Under the pieces are notes generated by a model, which was not told the DNA's origin, searched no databases, and saw only the letters and a list, made by a program, of their open reading frames with translations. The position numbers and the translations under genes are program-made. A stretch of DNA of 64,000 bases, from positions 96,526 through 160,525 of the forward strand of contig CAJUKU010000002.1 in the NCBI GenBank assembly GCA_910587425.1, written 5' to 3'. This DNA is from an uncultured Muribaculaceae bacterium. GTDB lineage: Bacteria; Bacteroidota; Bacteroidia; Bacteroidales; Muribaculaceae. The stretch's first letter is position 1. Every line of letters starts with the position of its first letter. Shown here piece after piece: positions 59,291-64,000 of the stretch.

Positions 59291-61390
59291 TCATTCGGGC
59301 TGTGAGGGCTTCGATGGGGGAAGCCCGTTGAACGGCGGAGGTGTCGAGGGGGTTGAGGGAGCTTCATCAGTTGAGGGAGCATCCTCAGCAGCAGACGGCA
59401 CGGAGCCGTCGGACTGATTGTTGTCCGATGACCCTGCGGCATCCTCTACGGAAGGTGCCGGAGCGTGGAGAGCGGGAGCCGACTCATTGGCTGCGAGAAT
59501 CTCATCAGTGCGTGATATCCACTGACGCTTTCCGAAAATCTTCTCGACATCATCGGTGAATATAACCTCGCGGGTGATAAGCGTATTCGCAAGAGTGGCA
59601 TGTCCTTCCGCATGATCGCGGAGAATCTGCTTGGCGCGCTCATACTGCTCGTTTATAATACGCGACACCTCCTCATCGATAAGCTTTGCGCGCTCATCGC
59701 TGTACGGCTTCGAGAAGCCGTAGTCCTGACCTGTGGAATCGTAGTAGCAGAGGTTGGGGAGCCGCTCGCTCATACCGTAATAGACAACCATGGCATACGC
59801 CTGCTTCGTGACGCGCTCCAGGTCGTTGGCTGCACCGGTCGATATGTTGCCTATGAACAGCTCCTCGGCAGCACGTCCGCCGAGTGTGGCGCACATCTCG
59901 TCGAGCAACGCCTGTGTGGGGGTGATCTGACGCTCCTCCGGCAGATACCATGCAGCGCCGAGCGCTTTGCCGCGGGGCACGATAGTAACCTTTATAAGCG
60001 GGTTGGCATAGCGGAGGTGCCACGACACAGTGGCGTGACCAGCCTCATGCACGGCGATCGCATGTTTCTCCTCGTCGGTGGTTATCTTGGAACGCTTCTC
60101 AAGACCTCCGATTATACGGTCGACAGCGTCGATGAAATCCTGACGCGTCACTGCAGGATGATTATGACGCGCCGCTATGAGAGCCGCCTCATTGCAGACA
60201 TTGGCTATGTCGGCACCGGAGAATCCGGGCGTCTGGCGTGCGAGCAGATCGACATCCACGGTATCGTCAGTCTTGATGTTGCGCAGATGCACATTGAATA
60301 TAGCCACGCGGTCGGGCAGATCGGGCAGATCGACATAAATCTGACGGTCAAAGCGTCCGGCACGCAGGAGCGCCTTGTCGAGGATATCGGCGCGGTTGGT
60401 CGCAGCGAGTATTATGACACCGGAGTTTGTGCCGAAGCCATCCATCTCAGTGAGCAGCTGGTTAAGGGTATTCTCACGCTCGTCATTGGCGCCCATGTTC
60501 GGATTGCGTCCGCGGGCACGTCCGACGGCATCGATCTCGTCAATGAACACTATGCAGGGAGCCTTCTCCTTAGCCTGGCGGAACAGATCGCGCACACGCG
60601 ACGCACCCACACCGACAAACATCTCCACGAAGTCGGAGCCCGACATGGAGAAGAAAGGAACATTAGCCTCTCCAGCCACAGCCTTGGCAAGAAGTGTCTT
60701 ACCGGTTCCGGGAGAGCCTACAAGCAGAGCGCCTTTAGGAATCTTGCCTCCGAGATTGGTGTAGCGCTGCGGATTCTTGAGGAATTCCACTATCTCCTCG
60801 ATCTCGGTCTTAGCCTCCGAGAGCCCTGCGACATCCTTGAATGTGACCTGTATCGGTCCATCCTTGTCGAATATCTTAGCCTTTGATTTTCCTACATTAA
60901 AGACACCACCGGCACCGCCATCCTTGCCCGACATCCGGCGCATCATGAAGAACCAGAACGCGATCAGGAGCACAAACGGACCGATGGACCAGAGTATGGC
61001 GCCGAAATCGGATGCTTTCTCAAACTTCACCTGTCCGGTGAACACACCCTCAGCCTGCCACTGGTCTATCTTGTCCTGCAGCTTGTCAGCCGACGGTATA
61101 TCGGTGACAATCTTCGCTGCCACACCCGCGCCGGGCTTGTAAGCGTTGGGAAACACCACGCGTGCCATGGAGTCGGTGAGGAATGCCTCAGCCTCGTTCT
61201 TATTGGAGTAGACGATGATCTTGTCGACACCCCGCTTACCTACATAATTCTCAAATTCGGTATACGCCACCTCCTTGCTCATGGAGTTATCGTCGAAATA
61301 GAGTATTCCTACTAGCATGATTATTATGATGGCGTACATCCAGTACATATTGAAGCGCACTGTGGGCTTCTTCGGCTTCTGTGGTTGCAT
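59291..61390 (-). CDS. ftsH: ATP-dependent zinc metalloprotease FtsH
   Basis: Two TM segments, [39 protein letters not shown]. Confidence 0.97.
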   Translation of the reverse strand: MQPQKPKKPTVRFNMYWMYAIIIIMLVGILYFDDNSMSKEVAYTEFENYVGKRGVDKIIVYSNKNEAEAFLTDSMARVVFPNAYKPGAGVAAKIVTDIPSADKLQDKIDQWQAEGVFTGQVKFEKASDFGAILWSIGPFVLLIAFWFFMMRRMSGKDGGAGGVFNVGKSKAKIFDKDGPIQVTFKDVAGLSEAKTEIEEIVEFLKNPQRYTNLGGKIPKGALLVGSPGTGKTLLAKAVAGEANVPFFSMSGSDFVEMFVGVGASRVRDLFRQAKEKAPCIVFIDEIDAVGRARGRNPNMGANDERENTLNQLLTEMDGFGTNSGVIILAATNRADILDKALLRAGRFDRQIYVDLPDLPDRVAIFNVHLRNIKTDDTVDVDLLARQTPGFSGADIANVCNEAALIAARHNHPAVTRQDFIDAVDRIIGGLEKRSKITTDEEKHAIAVHEAGHATVSWHLRYANPLIKVTIVPRGKALGAAWYLPEERQITPTQALLDEMCATLGGRAAEELFIGNISTGAANDLERVTKQAYAMVVYYGMSERLPNLCYYDSTGQDYGFSKPYSDERAKLIDEEVSRIINEQYERAKQILRDHAEGHATLANTLITREVIFTDDVEKIFGKRQWISRTDEILAANESAPALHAPAPSVEDAAGSSDNNQSDGSVPSAAEDAPSTDEAPSTPSTPPPFNGLPPSKPSQPE

Positions 61391-61411
61391 GTGATGGAGA
61401 TATGTTGGGGG

Positions 61412-61771
61412 TTAGTCGAGGTCGGGGATTTCAGTCATCGGCGCGTCGCTCCACAGCGTCTCAAGGCTGTATCGCTCGCGGACGTCAGGGAGGAATACAT
61501 GGACGAGCGTGTCGCCATAGTCAATGACAATCCACTGCGAGTTGGCATAGCCGTCGTAGTTATACGGCTTTATGCCTGCGCGCTCCTGAAGCTGCTCGCG
61601 CACATTGTCGGCGATAGCAGCCACCTGCATTGTCGATGTTCCCTCGCAGATGATGAATTGTGATGCGGCAGCCGATTCTATGTTGGACAGGTCGATCAGT
61701 GTGATGTTGTGACCCTTGCGGTCCTGTATGCTTTCGGTGACGAGTGAAGTTATATCAGCTTTATTTGTCAT
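61412..61771 (-). CDS. rsfS: Ribosomal silencing factor
   Basis: DRKGHNI, WIVIDYGDTLVHVF...RERYSLETLW. Confidence 0.93.
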   Translation of the reverse strand: MTNKADITSLVTESIQDRKGHNITLIDLSNIESAAASQFIICEGTSTMQVAAIADNVREQLQERAGIKPYNYDGYANSQWIVIDYGDTLVHVFLPDVRERYSLETLWSDAPMTEIPDLD

Positions 61772-61839
61772 CAGTTATCTTTATATTATCAAATGATGCC
61801 TTGTAATGATGCAATTATTTAAGTCTTTACTGTCATTAT

Positions 61840-61856
61840 AACAAATATCATGCCAA
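61840..61856 (-). promoter_or_regulatory. Putative sigma-54 (-24/-12) promoter for rsfS-ftsH
   Basis: Minus strand TTGGCATGATATTTGTT, i.e. GG-N10-GT versus canonical GG-N10-GC. Confidence 0.55.
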
Positions 61857-61877
61857 AAAGATGCGTGGCACGCTCGA

Positions 61878-63143
61878 CTACTCATAGCGCATGGTCGCGG
61901 CAGGATTGAGCCGGGCTATCATCCGCGACGGCAGTGTGAGCAACAGCAGACACAGCACAGCCACGGCTAAGTCGAGCCCCAGTATCGCAGGAACCGAGAT
62001 ATGCACCGGCACATAATTCAGATAATACGCGTCAGGGTTCAGGTGAACTACATGCCACCGCTGCTGCACCAGAAGCAATGCGAGCGCCACAGCATTGCCA
62101 GCCAGAATCCCTACGACAGCCAGACGGGCGGCGATCGCCACGAACGTGCGCCGCAGCATGCCGTCGTCGGCACCCATAGCCTTAAGCAGCCCTATGGTGG
62201 GTATGCGCTGTAGTATTATGACAAGAAGAGATGCTATGAGCGTGAATCCTGCCACGCATGCCATCAGTGTCAGTATCACCACGACATTGGTGTCGATAAG
62301 TGAAAGCCAGCTGAAATATAGTGCGCCCGACTCATGCACACCGGTCACGCGGTAGCGCAACTGCTCTCCGTGCTCCCCGGCATAGCGTGCGAGAGCGACA
62401 CGCAGCTCATCGACAGCAGCGTCGACCTCCGCATCATCCAGCCCGTTGATCTCTATCGCAGTCGCCGTGATGGAATCGGTGTGCAGCATGGTCTGAAGCA
62501 TAGCGATCGGTGCGTAGCATATCAGACGGTCGTATTCGGAGAAATGGGTATCATAGACGGTAGTCACGACAGGGCGGCGCGTGAGAAGATTCTCGCCGAC
62601 AAGATAGTGCGTGTAGATGCGGTCGCCCGGTGCCAGACCGAGAGCATCGGCGGTATTCCGGGAAATAGCTATCGTATTCAGAGAGTCAGCGCAGAACAAG
62701 CCGCCGGCGGTAACCTGCGGGTTCAGAAACGCCTCATCAGCACCGCCCGACGTTATCCCTTTCATGACCACACCCTGAAAATCACTATCGGTCTTAAGAA
62801 TCGCTGGCTGGCGTATGGTAAGGTTCACCGTCGCACCCGACGGAAGCGCGCTCCGTATCGCCGCATCAAGCGCCGGTGTAAGCCGGATACCCTCATTGAC
62901 ATATTCACCGGAGAAGAAGCCCGATCGGTCAGCCTCAACAGTGATCTGCTGCTCGAATCCGGTCACTTTTGCCGTTATCTGTCTCTTGAAACCCATCACA
63001 ATAGCAATGGATAGGATCATGACGCAAACCGAAAGCGCGACGGCGATCACGGCGACAGCGACTCCGGGAGATGTGCCACCCCCCTGCGGCGTCAGGCTAA
63101 GCCGCGACGCCAGCCACAGGCTGATGTTGTCACGGCGGCTCAC
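61878..63143 (-). CDS. LolC/E-family (FtsX/MacB-type) ABC transporter permease
   Basis: AIVMGFKRQI, periplasmic domain, IGLLKAMGA, YYLNYVP, LNPAATMRYE. Confidence 0.88.
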   Translation of the reverse strand: MSRRDNISLWLASRLSLTPQGGGTSPGVAVAVIAVALSVCVMILSIAIVMGFKRQITAKVTGFEQQITVEADRSGFFSGEYVNEGIRLTPALDAAIRSALPSGATVNLTIRQPAILKTDSDFQGVVMKGITSGGADEAFLNPQVTAGGLFCADSLNTIAISRNTADALGLAPGDRIYTHYLVGENLLTRRPVVTTVYDTHFSEYDRLICYAPIAMLQTMLHTDSITATAIEINGLDDAEVDAAVDELRVALARYAGEHGEQLRYRVTGVHESGALYFSWLSLIDTNVVVILTLMACVAGFTLIASLLVIILQRIPTIGLLKAMGADDGMLRRTFVAIAARLAVVGILAGNAVALALLLVQQRWHVVHLNPDAYYLNYVPVHISVPAILGLDLAVAVLCLLLLTLPSRMIARLNPAATMRYE

Positions 63144-64000
63144 CCCGCGGCGGCAGTCTTACCGGGATATGCCTTGAGCGCGGCGGCAAGAACCCGCAGC
63201 GCGGCGGCAAGATCCTCCTTGTTCAGGACGTAAGCCATGCGCACCTCATTGCGCCCCATGCCCGGAGTGGTATAGAATCCCGAAGCCGGCGCCATGAAAA
63301 CAGTGGCACCCTCATGCTCGAACTCGCTCAGACACCACTCGCAGAAGCGGTCGGCATCGTCGACCGGCAGGCTCACAACGGTGTAGAACGCCCCCATAGG
63401 TATGGGCGAATAGCATCCGGGGATGCGGTTCAGACCGTCGATCAGAAACTTACGCCGCTCCACATACTCGTTGTAGGTCATGAGCATGTATTCCTTCGGA
63501 GCGTCTATCGATGCCTCGGCGATGATCTGCCCGATAAGCGGCGGACTTAGACGCGCCTGGCAGAACTTCATCACGTTAGCCTTAAGTTCCTTATGCTTGG
63601 TGATAATGGCACCAATACGGATTCCGCACTCATTGTAGCGTTTCGACACGGAATCGATAAGCACAACATTCTCCTCTATGCCAGGCAGATGGAATGCAGA
63701 GATATAGGGCGCGCCAGTGTAACAGAACTCACGGTACACCTCATCGGAGAAAAGGAAAAGATCGTGGCGCTTCACGAGGTCGCGGATCTGCTCCATCTCG
63801 CGGCGCGTATATAGATATCCTGTCGGATTGTTAGGATTACATATCAATATTCCTTTTGTCCGCGGAGTTATAAGCTCCTCGAACTTCTCAACCGGGGGTA
63901 GCGCGAATCCCTCGTCGATGCTCGACGGCACGGTGACGATCTTCGCTCCGGCGGAGATTGCGAATGCCATATAGTTGGCGTATGCCGGCTCAGGCACTAT
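63140..64000 (-). CDS. PLP-dependent class I/II aminotransferase (partial, start beyond right edge)
   Basis: EPAYANY, NPNNPTG, SDEVY, DSVSKRY...GIRIG. Confidence 0.92.
   Translation of the reverse strand: MVPEPAYANYMAFAISAGAKIVTVPSSIDEGFALPPVEKFEELITPRTKGILICNPNNPTGYLYTRREMEQIRDLVKRHDLFLFSDEVYREFCYTGAPYISAFHLPGIEENVVLIDSVSKRYNECGIRIGAIITKHKELKANVMKFCQARLSPPLIGQIIAEASIDAPKEYMLMTYNEYVERRKFLIDGLNRIPGCYSPIPMGAFYTVVSLPVDDADRFCEWCLSEFEHEGATVFMAPASGFYTTPGMGRNEVRMAYVLNKEDLAAALRVLAAALKAYPGKTAAAG

Noticed and set aside
61840..61863. Fifth copy of the AACYTT-N13-TTGTT motif before rsfS
   Set aside because: The upstream hexamer is CATCTT (two mismatches); the site fits a sigma-54 pattern better.
962..63814. 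Many long antisense or alternate-frame ORFs (e.g. 2306-3238, 8766-9686, 13945-15087, 44525-45823, 48111-49226, 59600-60886)
   Set aside because: They lie wholly over well-supported genes, show no recognisable motifs, and are the expected shadows of high-GC3 codon bias.

Overview
Chromosomal backbone of a GC-rich Bacteroidales genome, most likely Muribaculaceae-like. This is inferred from SusC/SusD, TAnnTTTG promoters, a T9SS-type cargo tail and typical gene orders. Left to right: start of a SusC/SusD locus (runs off the left edge); an oxalate-degradation cluster frc-oxc-yfdV followed by a divergent PFOR-family enzyme; a 1.7-kaa mosaic secreted protein; dsbD-mazG-topB; a divergent acyltransferase/LuxR pair; dnaB; a low-GC Schlafen/AlbA_2 gene; an LRR protein; gpmA; pfkB; parC-DUF3316-S41-ssb-OPT; rarA; pstS-like/TPR; nrdJ-malQ; rplS; lysS-gpsA-pgi; recF-dciA; tig; rsfS-ftsH; a lolE-like permease; a partial aminotransferase. 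I found no tRNA, rRNA, CRISPR array, transposase or integrase. Best leads: (1) the divergent 2-oxoacid:ferredoxin oxidoreductase apparently co-transcribed with the oxalate genes; (2) an identically spaced motif AACYTT-N13-TTGTT upstream of four unrelated units, including the oxalate operon (candidate alternative-sigma regulon); (3) the Schlafen islet; (4) three probably leaderless genes; (5) a perfect palindrome made of two opposing promoters; (6) an SSB without its tail alongside a DnaB with an SSB-like tail; (7) a REP-like TGTGTC..GACACA hairpin family. All family assignments come from motif recognition by eye; no database searches were run.
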